Assembly: GCA_047495785.1 (NCBI GenBank)
Contig: JBLDXI010000024.1
Coordinates: 3,906,001 to 3,970,000, forward strand
Source of the DNA: Lepidodermella squamata
Lineage: Eukaryota; Animalia; Gastrotricha
Direction: 5' to 3'
Length of the DNA: 64,000 bases
How positions within the stretch are numbered: position 1 is the stretch's first letter; each line of letters begins with the position of its first letter. The notes under the pieces are model-generated. The model ran no database searches and was not told the origin of the DNA. It saw only the letters and a list, made by a program, of their open reading frames with translations. Shown one piece after another: positions 37,576 to 50,499 of this stretch. The position numbers and the translations under genes were made by a program.

Positions 37576-39752
37576 TCAGTCTTTCTTCGGCCGCGGTGGG
37601 CTAGATGGTTTGAAAGCGAGCGAGAAAACGTCCGAATATAGCAGCGTGCCCAGGAAAACAAGACCGGTTGAAAACCAATGCAACGGCGTGAATTGATGGC
37701 CGAAATAGAAAATCGACAGTATCAGCGAGACGAATTTCCGCAGCGTGACAACTAGCGTGAAAGTCAACGATTTAAACTCAGCAGTCAACGTGAACACCGA
37801 TCTAATGCAAAAATATTGCGAAATTGTATTCAGGGCTAACAGCCACCACAATCTCGGCATTGTCATTCCGAGCAGGGTGAGGGGAGCTGATTGGTTATAA
37901 TCAGCGATTTGAGTCATGATATCGCTATACATGACCACGAAAAACGGCAGAGGTAACACGTGGTTGTAGTATAGCGCTTCTTTCGGGTGTTTGCCATATG
38001 TCGAGTAGAGCTCTTCTTGGAAAATGCCCATTCTTGCGGATAAAAATAGTGAAATTGTCAGCATTGCGACTCCGATTACCCAGGTTATAAAATGACTGGC
38101 AAATGATGAGTCATCACCGGCATCATCCGCCGATTTCTTCTTAGGCTCAGGTGCTGAGGCATACGTGCATAAAATAACGCCGATAGTGACCATCCACACT
38201 GAAACATGACGAGACCACGGGTACGATCGATGTAGAATCCAGATGTTGAGAATTAACGAGGCGATTAGCGATCCGCTGCGAAAAATCATGTGTAACGGAG
38301 CGCTGATGTTGAAAGCCAACGCGTAGTTGTTGAGGACTTGCACGACAAAGAACAGAGAGACGAGGATTGCGTACATTCGAAGAGGTATGTGGCGTTTTGC
38401 GGTGCCGAATTTGTGCGATGTGATGAATCCCTCGAGCGCAACGAACAAAAATTGCGCAAATGTGATCAAATTCCCCGAATTTGGCGACTCTCTAATAAAA
38501 ATTAAAAAAAAAAAAAATTAATATTTGGGCAAAAATTAAATGTCAGTTTTCCATATCAATATTAGCTCGAGATCGTAGGTACCCACAGCTAGCCCGAGTA
38601 CGAAGGCATAGAAGAATGTGAAGATGACTACAACCCGTTCATCTGGTTCGGGAACTATCGTCTGAATCGTTGCGACATCACCCTTTGGGTTATTCAAAAA
38701 CTACGCGATAACTGTTAGCAAATCAACCACAGCCGCATCAATAATATCGGTCCTCTGCATTGCTTCCTGGAAGATGCTGACCCTTACTACATCTGCAGAA
38801 CTTAAAACGGAATCTATACCGTCTAACCTGAGTTGACTTCGATAGTTTTTCTGATTCGTATTGTATTGCTTAATTAGATGGATTCGCCAATATTTGCTTT
38901 TACAAGATTCTTCGATTGAGGCATCGTTGGTGAATGGTGTTTTCGGGAAATGTTCAGGAATATGTAAAAAATGAGGCGCGATGTTCAACTTTGACCCATT
39001 GGGCTCATCTGCGAGTGCGAGGTTAGTTTCCTACCAATTCTCCATATTTTCCCACTAGCCAGTGGTAGAACGTGGCTGGTGTCATATGTGGTATTTATCA
39101 GGAATCTCGGCCTGTATAAACTCTGGAATTATTCTCAACAAATGAAGCCGTAACTAGTTTCCAGTTTGTGGTATCTCAAAAGAATTGCTCTAACAATTGA
39201 TTTGCCCTACCATGGTTTCGAACCAGGTGGGGACCAACACCTTTACGCAGGTTATTCGGGTCGCCGGGAGAGCCGAACCCTGATGGCAGTGTTACCGGCG
39301 AATAAGATCCCGTGCCCGACAGATTCTACATTTCACCTTTGCACACTTGAAATGAGACGTTATTAGCATGATCTTTCTTTTTGCCATAAACTTTACCAAA
39401 CAAACTGTGGATTTCAATTTTTCGGATTTCTTCGCGATTTCGAGCTGTCTCTGAGATAATAATGCTCATAAATAAATTCAACGTTTTATATTCCATGTAA
39501 TCATACTATGGCGCCTGTTATCTGATTAAGATCATTTCAAAATGAGAAGTCAAAATTTAGAAAACTTATGTTATCAAAAAATCAAAGAAATTTGAGCATT
39601 TGAATTTAAACTCAAAACTTTGACACCACGCAAAAATATTAATTAAACTGTTAAACAAACCTGACTATCATTTCGAGGCAAAACATGTTGACTGCACAGG
39701 AGATCAGCACGCAGCCAATTATAAACGAGCTGTAAAGTGTCTCGGTCAGCAT
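37576..39752 (-). CDS. SLC35B4: UDP-xylose/UDP-GlcNAc nucleotide-sugar transporter
   Basis: Exons 39752-39661 and 38491-37576. GNLITFAQFLFVALEG, NNYALAFNISAPLHMIFRSGSL, MGIFQEELYSTYGKHPKEALYYNH, VTLRKFVSL and C-terminal dilysine KKD. Confidence 0.95.
39095..39440 (+). mobile_element. Degenerate CR1/L2-type LINE ORF2 C-terminal fragment in the SLC35B4 intron
   Basis: DLPY...DR...TLEMRRY*HDLSFCHKL...SDFF matches LxYxxRLxxLxLxxLExRRxxxDLxxxYK; interrupted by a ~100-bp insert. Confidence 0.6.
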
Positions 39753-39902
39753 TTTTTAGTAATATAAAACCTATGCACAGTAAATTGAATTGTTAAATAG
39801 GAATAGACCCACAACTTTAATTCAGCAGTTGGTTTTAGTAGATTTTTTCTCACAACAAGAGAAGAAAGATGGCGATAAATAAATTATTTAATGATTGTTC
39901 TT

Positions 39903-42331
39903 TCACGCACCAACATTTGCGACTGATTTCAGATTATTCACGGCAAGAATGTAAACCGGCGAAAATTCCCGTTCACCGCGATTTCGAACAAACTGAACAT
40001 AGGCCTCGAGAGCCCCGCCGATCAAATGCAGCCGCTCTCGCTCTTCAGGGTGCTCATTTAGCCAACGAACATATCGCCCAACGGACCAGCCGCTGTTTTG
40101 ATGGGGCAGTTTGAGCTCGCCAGGGCCTCTCGAAATGATGAAGTGAAGCAAAATCGACGCTGGAATCAAATTGCTCGATTTCACGCCAAGGGAAATGAAT
40201 GTTTCGATATCTTCAGTTGCCAAAATGTCACTTGAAGACAGAAAAATTAATTAATTTCATATTAGATAAAATGGACTAACGTTAGTTTATCGGCAGTTGC
40301 TACAGATCTGAATTTCGAGTGATGCGAATCGGCGGGTAGAAACCCGCAAGCAATCAAACCGTTTTGTTTCAACGATCGCCAGTCATTTGCTAGCCGTTGG
40401 CAGCCGTGAATACTAACAGGTTTCACTAAACTCGCGTTGTAAATCCACGATTCAACGCAGAAATTAACGAGTTTTTCGTGACAAAGCGCTTGGAACTGCT
40501 TGTTTCGGAAACACGACATGTACTCATTCGCGATTCTTTTCAAGAAACTGCACAGCTCCTTTGCGTAACCAGAAACTGATTTTGAGGCTGATTCGTCGTC
40601 AAAATCGAACGACTCAGAATGCATTGATTCCAAAATTGCTGATAGCGCATCCATTAACGAATCAAGCAGCGGCGACATTGTGGTGACAGCTAGCTGAGAC
40701 GCTGATTTACGACATTCATTAAATTTCTGAATGGCTTCTTGCGGTAATGCCAGATTATTCAAGACATGGCCTAAAGATGTTTCCAGATTCCAGACCATAT
40801 CGCAAATTCCCGCGTTCAATTGTTGACCGGCAGTTAGCGGTCCGACTATCTGGGACGCGTCTGAACCCGTATTGACAACGCGTTCCACGCGAACCATCAG
40901 CAAATTTATTGCCTTGATAACATTTCGCATGACTTTTACGCATAGTTGTTGATCAAATACGACGACAGACAATTCTCCCTGAATCAAACGAACAATATTC
41001 GCCAAATCAGCTTGATCTGGTAAAGTATGCGATTGAGATGTCAACGGACGACCCGAGCTGGAATATTCTGGGAACATCAACTCAACTGGGTCGAATAGGA
41101 CGCTGAGAGAACGAGATAAATACGCGGTTTCGAATAAAGTCGCAGATGCAGTGAACAACTGAGGGTAATTTGTATCATTTTCGGTGGAAGCAAGGTCCAG
41201 CAATCCTTTGCATTGATTGACACAGTTATTGATCATTTTCAACAGTTTCGGATACTCAGCTTCGAAAGCCTGACGAGCCTGTGTTGATTGACCAGCTACT
41301 CTTTCGAGAACATCCATTAACACAGTAGTCATGGTTGAAATGAAAGAGGAGACGCGAAGAGGGTATTCCCCGTTCTTTTCGTAATTGCGAATAGATTCGA
41401 GATAAGTCTGCTCCGTTGAAGCATCTTTCTTCTTTGAAAGCACCTTATATAAGTTCTCAACTTGCTGACAAGTTTGAGCAAAGCCGCTAAAGAATTTATC
41501 AACAGCGGACCAAAGTTTAGCGCGGAATGAGGCAGCAGCACCAGGCGCTGGTAAATTGGTTACTCGACCGGGACCGACTTTACCTTCCGCCACAGCGGTC
41601 AAGCTCGAAGGGTCAAACCATTGCTCAGCATCACGCCTCAGTTTGGCTACGGAATCGTTGAGATGCTCGAGGACATGAACATCCAGGCAACCCAAGTGAA
41701 AGAATACTTGCAAACTCATAGCAACTTGACTTGCATTCTCGGATTCAAGACCTTGAACTAGCGTTGTTTTGCTAATTTTCAACACGTCCCCGCGGATTTC
41801 CGCAAAATGAACTCGTTCTTTGTCAATGACATCGATGTTTTCAAGTTCAGGAAATGACAACAGATATTCCAGCTCGGAGAGTGTTTGAGCTGCTTTGGCT
41901 AGTTCTTTGTTGCCTTGAGCCATGTGACTGTCTAGACGCTTTGAAAGAGTCATGACACGAACGCAGCAACGGAGAACTTCACATGTTTGCTGAATTCTTT
42001 CAAGTAAGATTACTTTCTTTGATAGTTTTTCGTAAGGCTGGTTAATCTTGTCTCGTAATCTTCGCGCTGAATCGCAAATTCCATCCAATCGACCCTCCAT
42101 TGTATTGACAAAGCCTTCGACGACCTCCAAGTTACTTAGAGCACTCAACAATTGTTCACATTTTGCTTCAACCTGTTTGCGAATTTCTTGGTCAACTTGC
42201 TCAATGCCTTCGGAAATTTTTGTCAGCTGATCTGACATATCACTGGCTCGCATACACGCAGCTGCATATGACTTGACGTCAAACGTAGGACTAGCAAAGT
42301 CTCTGAAGAATTCCTGCTCCGATAACTCCAT
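39903..42331 (-). CDS. COG5: Conserved oligomeric Golgi complex subunit 5
   Basis: Exons 42331-40281 and 40230-39903. FDVKSYA, N-terminal coiled coil, ELAKAAQTLSEL, QAFEAEYPKLL, YLSRSLSVLFDPV and C-terminal GWSVGRYVRWL...VRNRGEREFSPVY. Confidence 0.93.
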
Positions 42332-42439
42332 CTTAACTGAAGTCTACTAAACAATCGGCCGTGAATTAAGACAATTATGAAAGTGATATAAAAATATAGT
42401 ATAGATAAATAAACATAGAAGTAATTGCATGATTTGGCG

Positions 42440-42870
42440 AGGAAGTTTCTTATTGTAAGCTTTTTGAATCCCCAAACCCCTAAGAGCCTTTCAGAAACCA
42501 CAAGAAATAAACGTAGTTGTGATTGAAACTTGTCAGGATTCACGTTTCAAGCTCGAAACTATAACACCATTAAATTCTGTATCAATTATGCAGCTCAGTC
42601 GGTACTATTTAGAATCTAGAAGCTTTGTTCCGTCGAAAGAAGTCGCGTGGTGCGGATTGAGGATAGATGTCCAAGTTGAAAGGTTATCATCATATGTCAT
42701 ATGCTTACGGTACTTTTCACCAGGATAGAAGGCAGAGGGAACAAGAATTAGTTGGGGGAGCATGGGAGATGATAGTATGAAGCTTTTCTAAAGGTGAGCC
42801 GTGAGCCTTAACCAGTTTGGTTCAGGCAACAGGTAACAGGTATGCGCCTAGCGCTTTGCGGCCGGCTGAA
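42440..42870 (+). mobile_element. Possible highly degenerate RT fragment (DIRS-like) upstream of COG5
   Basis: SFVPSKEVAWCGLRID (cf. KSxxxPSQxxxWLGxxID), preceded by PLRAFQK; weak. Confidence 0.3.
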
Positions 42871-42915
42871 GCGCGCTTTTTTACTGACGTGTAAGATGTT
42901 GGGCATATTAAAAAA

Positions 42916-43089
42916 GCCGTTTGATTATTCTGGAGGAGAAGTTAGCATGGAAAGCAGTGCGCCCAGAAAGCAGCTGCTTTCCATGCAGTAAGCCGTAATG
43001 AGCGTATGCGTGGAAAACACTGCTTTCCAGGCAATTTGCCTGCTACGCACTAGCACTGCGCTCTAGGCACTGCTTTCCAAGCAAATTTC
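42916..43089 (+). repeat. Left TIR (~170 bp)
   Basis: gccgtttgattattctggaggagaagttagcatggaaagcagtgcgccc... is near-identical to the reverse complement of the right end over about 135 bp and more diverged inward. Confidence 0.95.
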
Positions 43090-43568
43090 TCTCGGAGTGC
43101 TTAGAATGCATTCTTGGCTCATTTCGCGTAGTTTTGCAGTTTGAGAATTACTGTTTCTGATGTTTGGGACACTTTTCAGTTATTTGTCTAATTTTCGTAC
43201 TCACACGCTTTACTCTGGGCGATAGTATTTTTGAATTATGCTATTAAATTATTATTCGAGTACATAATAGTTTGATAAGGGTGTCACGTGTGTATCCGGT
43301 ACAAGGGCGGGTCGCGTGGCGATTCCTTTCGCATCAGCTGTGCAGCATACTTGTGTGGCGCGACAGTCTTGTGGTGCGGAAGCCATACCATAAAACACAG
43401 TTATAAACCAAAGTATACCTGGAACTACGCTGTCTTGTATTCCCTGTATGAGAACTGTTTGCCAAGTTTGAACCGCAACTCTGTACATTGTAAACGTTTA
43501 TTCTCTTTTAATCCATAGGCTTTCAGTTATTCGCTTTTGTAAGCTTATTATTGAGTTGTTTTCTATCA

Positions 43569-46500
43569 ATGAGTCTCTTCGACGAGATTCGTCGTATGAA
43601 CAAGAAAGTCATAAAAAAGGATGACATTATCCTCGCTATGCCGCCAGTTTTTCATGGCGATTTGCTTCTGTTTGCTGCGGACTATTTGAAAAAATTGGAG
43701 AAGGTATGCATTGGTACATTTTACTTCCAGTCATATCTGTTTGCTATCTTATCTTATAGGAGGAAAAACAGATTTATCCCCACCCTAAGGACCACCTGTA
43801 TTTCGACGAAGGAGAGGGGGGTGCTTTGAGAGCCGTTTCTTTCCAGTTGGTTGTTGATTTTGCGGTTAATTTAATTGCAAACATTTTTGTTCATCCCTAG
43901 CTGTGCTGCGGGTTTCTCCGATGAGGCGACGATTAACCCCCGAACCCAGCTAGGTTGCAAAGCCTTCAAGCGCTTCGTCTTGGTGAAGACAGCGCAGGAG
44001 TATTTTGTGGCTATTCGTTCCGGGCCTCAGCCTCACAATCATGGCGACAACCTGAATAACCAGGAAAGTGTGATTCGTCACCTGCGCCACGATCAGGAAA
44101 CTCTCAGGGCAGTAGAAGATCTGGTATCTACGAAGCTCTCAGCCACTGAGATTTCGAAGAGATCCTGTGAAGCTGCTGTCCTGGAGAAGAACTCCATTGC
44201 CGATCGTCGCAAATGCCTTGATCAACTCGACGTATACTCGTTCAGAAGACGAATTATGTCGTTGAAAGGTGCGCGGTAAGTGATTTTTATTTACCATGGT
44301 ATCAATCAGGGACTACTTGTATGTTACAATTGATAATAGCCTGGACAAAGTTGAATTCCACAGTGTGGAAAAGCTGGTGGAAGCCGACAGAGGGAAGCAG
44401 GTTCAAGAAGTCATTCATTACACTCCCGGCGATTCTCCGTCCGGTTTTGTCTTGGCAATGATGACGCCTCTCCAGCAAGCTCTCGTTGCCAACAATGAGA
44501 TTTACGAAACTGGATTTCTGGACGCGACTTTCAAGGGCGTAACAAAGCATAATTACGCTCTCTATGCCATCGCCGCCGTTCAGAAAGGAGTCGAAAAATC
44601 TTTGCCGCTTGCGTTTGCCATCTTGGAACATGACGATGAGGCCAGCTTACGCCTATTTCTCACAGCGCTTCGCGACAAATGCATCAGTCTTAATCCTGCG
44701 TTCAAGTTTAGGCATGCCTTATCTCACTATCTTTTCAGTCAAGAATTACTGGGGTATTTTTCAGGACGATTGTCATCGATAAAGACCAGAAGGAGATCTC
44801 GCTAATCAAAGAAATTTTTGATTGTTGCGTTGTCCTGTGCTACTTCCATCTGCTTCAGGTAATTGCTCGAATACTTAAATAGGATTTTTACAATGTGGCT
44901 GTATTATAGGCTGTAATTAGATGGCTTCATGGCGAAAAATCTGGTTGTTCCGGTCGCTCTGAGAAGGCCAAGGCGGAGCGTTGCGCTGTAATAGACCTGA
45001 TAGAGACCATTCGAGCGTCTGGCAACTACGAAGAAGTGCAGGAAAAGTGGCGAGAAGGCAGCCCGAATCTGTCGCCAAAAGTCCGCACGTATCTTTGGGA
45101 ATTTTGGGTTCAGGAGAAATATGCTGTGTTGTGGTGTCGCTATGCGCTCAAAAATTACCATCTTGACCAGGCTACCAATAACATTATTGAGGTGTAATTA
45201 CTGATTTCGACTAAAACGACTTTATTATGTTTTCTTTTTTTTATTACGGTAGAACTTCTGGTTTTGCCTGAAATACACTTTCTTGAAGGTTTGTCAAGCT
45301 AGCTATACATCATTTTATTCATTTCTGTTATCTTGTATTATTTCAGGGTTCTTATAACCGCCGGATAGACGATTTGGTATTTTTGCTTTCTAACGAGGTC
45401 ATGTCATATTACGCGCATCTAATGAACCTCGATGCCCACGGTCGAAAAATCTTGAAGCTGAAGCATAAGCCGGAGCAGTTGGCTACGAAGCAAGCTGACA
45501 ACGACCGTTTCTGCTCTACGGTCGTCTGGGGCGATGACCTCGTTACCGTACCGTCGTTCACGCCCAACGAATTCGACATCAAGTACGAGGTGAACCCGGC
45601 AGAGCAACGGTGTTCATGTGTCTACAGTATTCACGGAAATATATGCAAGCATTTGCATTTCGTGCGCAAGTTGAATCCGGATAAGGTAAGACTTGGTTAT
45701 TTTCTTCTATAAAATAATGTTAATTTTGCGTGCGGTTCATTCAGATATCCGTTTACCGTGATCGTCTTACGAAGTCAATTGTCGACGAAGGCCTCTGCGA
45801 CAAGTTGGGCGATGAGCTACGAGTGATGAGCCCAATTAGCCATCACGTCAGCCTGGTCGACCTGAAGACGATGAGATGCGACTGCATGGCGTCGAGTTAT
45901 GCGCCGGATAAGGAACTTTGTTGTTGTGTTATGGCCGCTCGCCAGCTATTCCCAGGTATATTATTAAACAGTTATTCGATTTGCTGTTTTGTCATTTCAT
46001 ATGATTCAATTTTCAGTTGAAGCTGAGGCTGCTGACCAACTGCTAGTTCAAGCTCGTTCCACTGCGCCTAGTGTGAAAGATGCGGTTGCGGCATTTTCAA
46101 GCAACAAGGTTGCTCCGGCAACCAAAATGCCTGCAACGACACGTAACGCTCATTTCTCAAAAACCGGAATAAAGCGCTCTGCTCCTATCGACCCGAACGA
46201 GCCAAGCTCAAGCGGCGATCATCTTGCTGATCACTGCACGAGTGCTGACCCCCTTGCTGATCATAGAGTGAAGAAATTCAGAAGCTCTAAAAGAGGAAGA
46301 CAAACTCACAACGTGATGGCGAATTTCAGACGCCAAAACTGTCCCTCTGATGTGCCGGCTGATGTTGCCGCGCGACTTGCGTCAACGTCAAATGCACAGG
46401 AACCGGTATGTACTCCCGCCTCGCGCCTCGTTGGCCTGAGTCTACCCGGTCTGCGCTTTCCTCGCCCGCCGCTCGCTGGAACCGGTCTGCGTATTCCTGG

Positions 46501-46741
46501 CCCGCCGCTCGCTGGAACCGGTCTGCGTATTCCTGGCCCGCTGCTCGCTGGAACCGGTCTGCGTATTCCTGGCCCGCTGCTCGCTGGAACCGGTTTGCGT
46601 ATTCCACGCCCGCCGCTCCCTGGAACCGGTTTGCGTATTCCACGCCCGCCGCTCCCTGGTGCTGGAATAGCGGTTGTTAGCCCTTCCGGTGTGGTGATTT
46701 TGCGCCCTCCGGGCGCGGCTAATCCAGACAATATCAACTAA
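43569..46741 (+). CDS. MULE DDE transposase with SWIM finger(s), multi-exon
   Basis: N-terminal C...GCKAFK...HNH (WRKY/FAR1-like); catalytic FLDATF, IVIDKD, CYFH and TNNIIE|NFW; SWIM CSC...CKH; a second degenerate SWIM CDC...CCC. Short GT-AG introns; some exon limits are approximate. Confidence 0.88.
46448..46663 (+). repeat. 36-bp coding minisatellite x6 (GLRIPGPPLAGT) in the transposase tail
   Basis: Seen directly; it is open in several frames, which explains the overlapping ORFs in the track. Confidence 0.95.
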
Positions 46742-47527
46742 ACTTTCGCTATTAGCTCTCCGCTTAATCCTTTGTGTTTGCTCAACATCCGGCTTCTTGC
46801 ATCTGCATGTGTGCGCATTGTGCGCGATGAGTGCCACTTCTTACACACTCATTAGCGATGACCGCGCGGAATTCATACTCATAGTTGACTCGAGTATAAT
46901 TGAAACGATGAATGCCTCTTTCAACTTCGACACTGTTTTTCGGTTGTAAAATGTCTTTCTATTTTGCCGCATCGTGCGTGGAAATTGTTTACTATTGTGA
47001 ACAAATTGCGGCTCGAGCCCGGTTATGGTGATTAATTGATCAATAATTAAATTGTGATAACAGATAATTGCAATTCAGGCGTAATAAATTGCGGTTTTCT
47101 TGCATCCTTGTGTGACATGTCTCATACCTTACACACGTGATATGCAAATTCGTTTTTTTTTAAAGTGAAAATGATACCAAGCTTGATGAATAAACATTCC
47201 GTTTTCAGTACACTTGTGGTTTTTTTACATAAATGACCCGATGTTCATGTTTATGGAAATATCACAGCTGACGTTTCACGCTACCCAAGTGCGTCATCCA
47301 CTTGAGAGCGCGCTTCTTTTAGCGGCGGGACCAGCTCCTTATGTCGACTGGTTAATAGCAAGGCGTACAGCCTCTCATGTCAGGTGTGGGTAGCTTACCG
47401 ACAAAGCGGCCTAACAGGTGTCGAAACCATGCCGATTTCAGAGTCCAAAACACGAAAACAAATTCGTATCGCATTTATTTTGCAATTTTGTAATTCACAT
47501 TAAAAGTCATCATCATTATTCATCCTT

Positions 47528-49285
47528 ATGGCTGACCGCAGGAAGGACGTTGAATGTCCCGACCTTGTCGACTCTCTTCTTCTTTTTCTGTCGCCGAACA
47601 ATGGCCTGCTACGCACTTGGTCAGGACTTGCCAAACTGACATTCAAGTCGAACGCGACCACCAAGGCTGTGATTCGAGCGGCCTATTCAGGCGACTCACG
47701 TTACTACGTGCTGCTGAACGCAATCAGGTTGGCTGAGAAGAAAACTGCAAAGGAGCGCGACGACGGCTATTTCACCACCGTTACCCGAGAAGACGCTGTT
47801 AAGCCGATCAAGGTGATTGAAAGCGCTCTGAGGCTTCGCGTTCCGCTCATCAAACGCATCGATCTTCAACTGCCCAGCTTTTGCGATGATCCGCGCATGT
47901 TCAACCTGACCGCAGAACAAACAAGGTTAGTAATATAGAAGTATACGTTTTTACAATTTTTAGGCTATTTTTGGCTATTTTTGGCGTATGTACAGCGTCT
48001 CCCAAAAATTGCGAAAATTTTTTTAGTTTAGGTTGCTTTTAGATGGTAACTGGCTCGGTAATTTTCGGTATTTTACCCGGTTGGGCCAAATTCCTCCGGA
48101 CCTTTTTAATCCCGTAAACCCGTTAGTGGCATACTTAATTATATTCTCGTGATTTTTGGATATTTTTATAAAATTTCTGGCCGTAAGATGGGACTTCGTC
48201 TCTCATTTATGAGTTTCTGAAGCCTTTTCCGTGCATTTTCTCCGCTTGCTGTACATGTAAACTGTAGTTCCTCTTTAGCGCAAAACGAAACCTCAGAAAT
48301 TTTAATAAGGTCCCTCCAATTAAGATAATTTGCCTCGTTATATTTTCAACAGAGAGTTCCTGAAATCTTTCAAGGTTCTGATCAGTCGCGGCCTACCGTC
48401 TGACGAAGTGACCAAGGGGGCTTCTAGCGTAGCGTTGCTCGTCGCCATCGATTTCATCGACAGGTCTATTGCCAGCATGTTGAACGAGCCAACGGCCATG
48501 TTGAACGAGTCCGTCGCGGTGTACGACAAGCTGGCGACCGAATTCATCGCGAAAAACAAACATCTTCTTCGCCCGAATTTGCCAATCATTCAGGGCAAGG
48601 TCAAAGTGAAGCCGCAGGCCATCGAAGAGGCTATGGCGAGCCCAGATGAAGAAATCGAATTCGATCGCCCAGGCTCAAGCGCGTCGAGCATCTCGCTTTC
48701 TTCGTTTTCCGAATCGAGCCATTCCGTTTTAGACCTGGAAGACGATGTCGATGTACTGAACCAACTGGCCGGCAATTCCGCTGACCAAACGATCGTCGCT
48801 GCTCCTCCTAATGAACGACCAGACAGCAGCGTCAGTAATGCCTCGCGAAAACGCCAACTGTCATCAGCCACGACCTCTTCAACCTTGCCGTCTTCGTCTT
48901 CTTCTACACCAATTGACAACGAGCCAGTCATACCTGAAACTGCAAGCGACGCTTCAGAATCTAAAAAGGTAATATCCATCAACTGTGTTGCAGCTTTTCC
49001 TAAATGATTACCTTACTTACCTAGATTCGAGTGGACGAGACGAAGCTGTGGCGGCACATCTTCACGCCGAATCCACAAGACCATCGCTTTCTCGACTTAA
49101 CGCACCAATTCCCGCTCAATTGGCCGGCCGAAAATGTGCAGCTGCCACCCGAAGTCCAGGCTTTCAGCGACATGGTCTCGAATGGCGCGCAACCTGAACA
49201 CGCAGCAATGCTCTGTTATAGAGGTTCTGAATTCTCTTGTGAAATCATTCACCATACAATTGATGCAATTGAAATAACTGTTTGA
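47528..49285 (+). CDS. Second, uncharacterised spliced gene inside the MULE (~424 aa)
   Basis: Exons 47528-47925, 48353-48968 and 49025-49285 join in frame via GT-AG introns. Globular-looking N-terminal part, Ser/acidic middle, short C-terminal domain; AATAAA near 49437. Confidence 0.7.
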
Positions 49286-50499
49286 ACAACTAATCGATTT
49301 TCATTCGCTATTTCTTGTTTTCGATTGTTTCCGCTATCTTGCTTGGTTAATTAATTGATAGCTTGTGTTACGATGAATTTGTAGTTGAGACAGCATTGCA
49401 GTTTGCTAATTGACAGGCTTGAGCGCTCAATTTTATAATAAAACGTTTCCAATCAGCATATTTCTTTTCCGTCGCTCTATAAAGGAGCCCTAAAAAGGCA
49501 GAATTCGTAACACGAAACATTTAGACAGACAGAAAGACTGTGAGAGGTAACAGAAAAGTTGAACTCAACTTGTTTGATGATTTTACGATGGGCGTCTAAT
49601 CGAGACGAATCACACATTGGTGGTGAGGCGCCCCGACCGTTTTTAATTGCTAAACGTCGCGAGACAAATTGTAAAATAAATCAGTATATCAGGGTGTCAG
49701 TTTACACCAGCTGTCTGATGACGTGGGACACCTCGATGTTTGCACGAGTGCGGTGACATTACTTCAATTAACCAGCCCAAGACGAGCTGGTCTCTTGTCT
49801 GTTAGTTGCATGTCGCAACTGTTTTTTGATTCCAGTGTAAAAAATTTCTAATCCTGCCTTCTATGATAGGATAAAGGTCGGAGAAAGTCGAAAATTTCAA
49901 TTATTTCAATCTTGGATGGGATAAAATCAAGATTAAAAAAAATTGCTACCCTGTTGGATTCGCACTTCCATAGAACGCGCGCCGATGTGCGCGACCAGGA
50001 TCAGGATCAGGAATTACGATTTCTCCTCGCCCTGACGGACTCAAGCTTTCGCCATACGGCGGAGCTGGTGAGACAATTGCGACCTCACGCTCCAGGACAG
50101 TTTGGTCTGGTTTACGGTTTACTGACTACTTAATGAATTTCCTACCCCTGGTACCCCAGTTACTGCTGACTGTTTCTCCAGGGCCAAGGCATTAGTGCCC
50201 AGTAAATGTTCACTTGTTTCACGGTGGCAAATGGCAAAAATACGCGATCCTCCTGAAGTAATGCGTTACTCAAAAAAAAAGAAAAGTAATTTGCTATTTT
50301 TTGGCTTAAGTAACGCCTAAACACCTAATAATCACTTGATGGATGACCTAACGGCTAAGCATGGGGTCAAGGTCTAAAGAAAATAACAGTCATAATGAAG
50401 CGTTTGAAAAACCTCACAAATGGTGTTTCAATAATATAACTATATTTTGGAATGTAAACCAACAGAATGGCGGTAAAACGCTTAGAAAGCAGCGCTGGC

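Noticed and set aside
46306-46837. Several overlapping ORFs and regular 36-bp repeats resembling a CRISPR array
   Set aside because: The units are contiguous with no unique spacers; it is a coding minisatellite in a eukaryotic transposase.
49912-50260. Possible third, convergent (mudrB-like) gene in the MULE
   Set aside because: Only short open frames; no convincing start or intron chain could be built.
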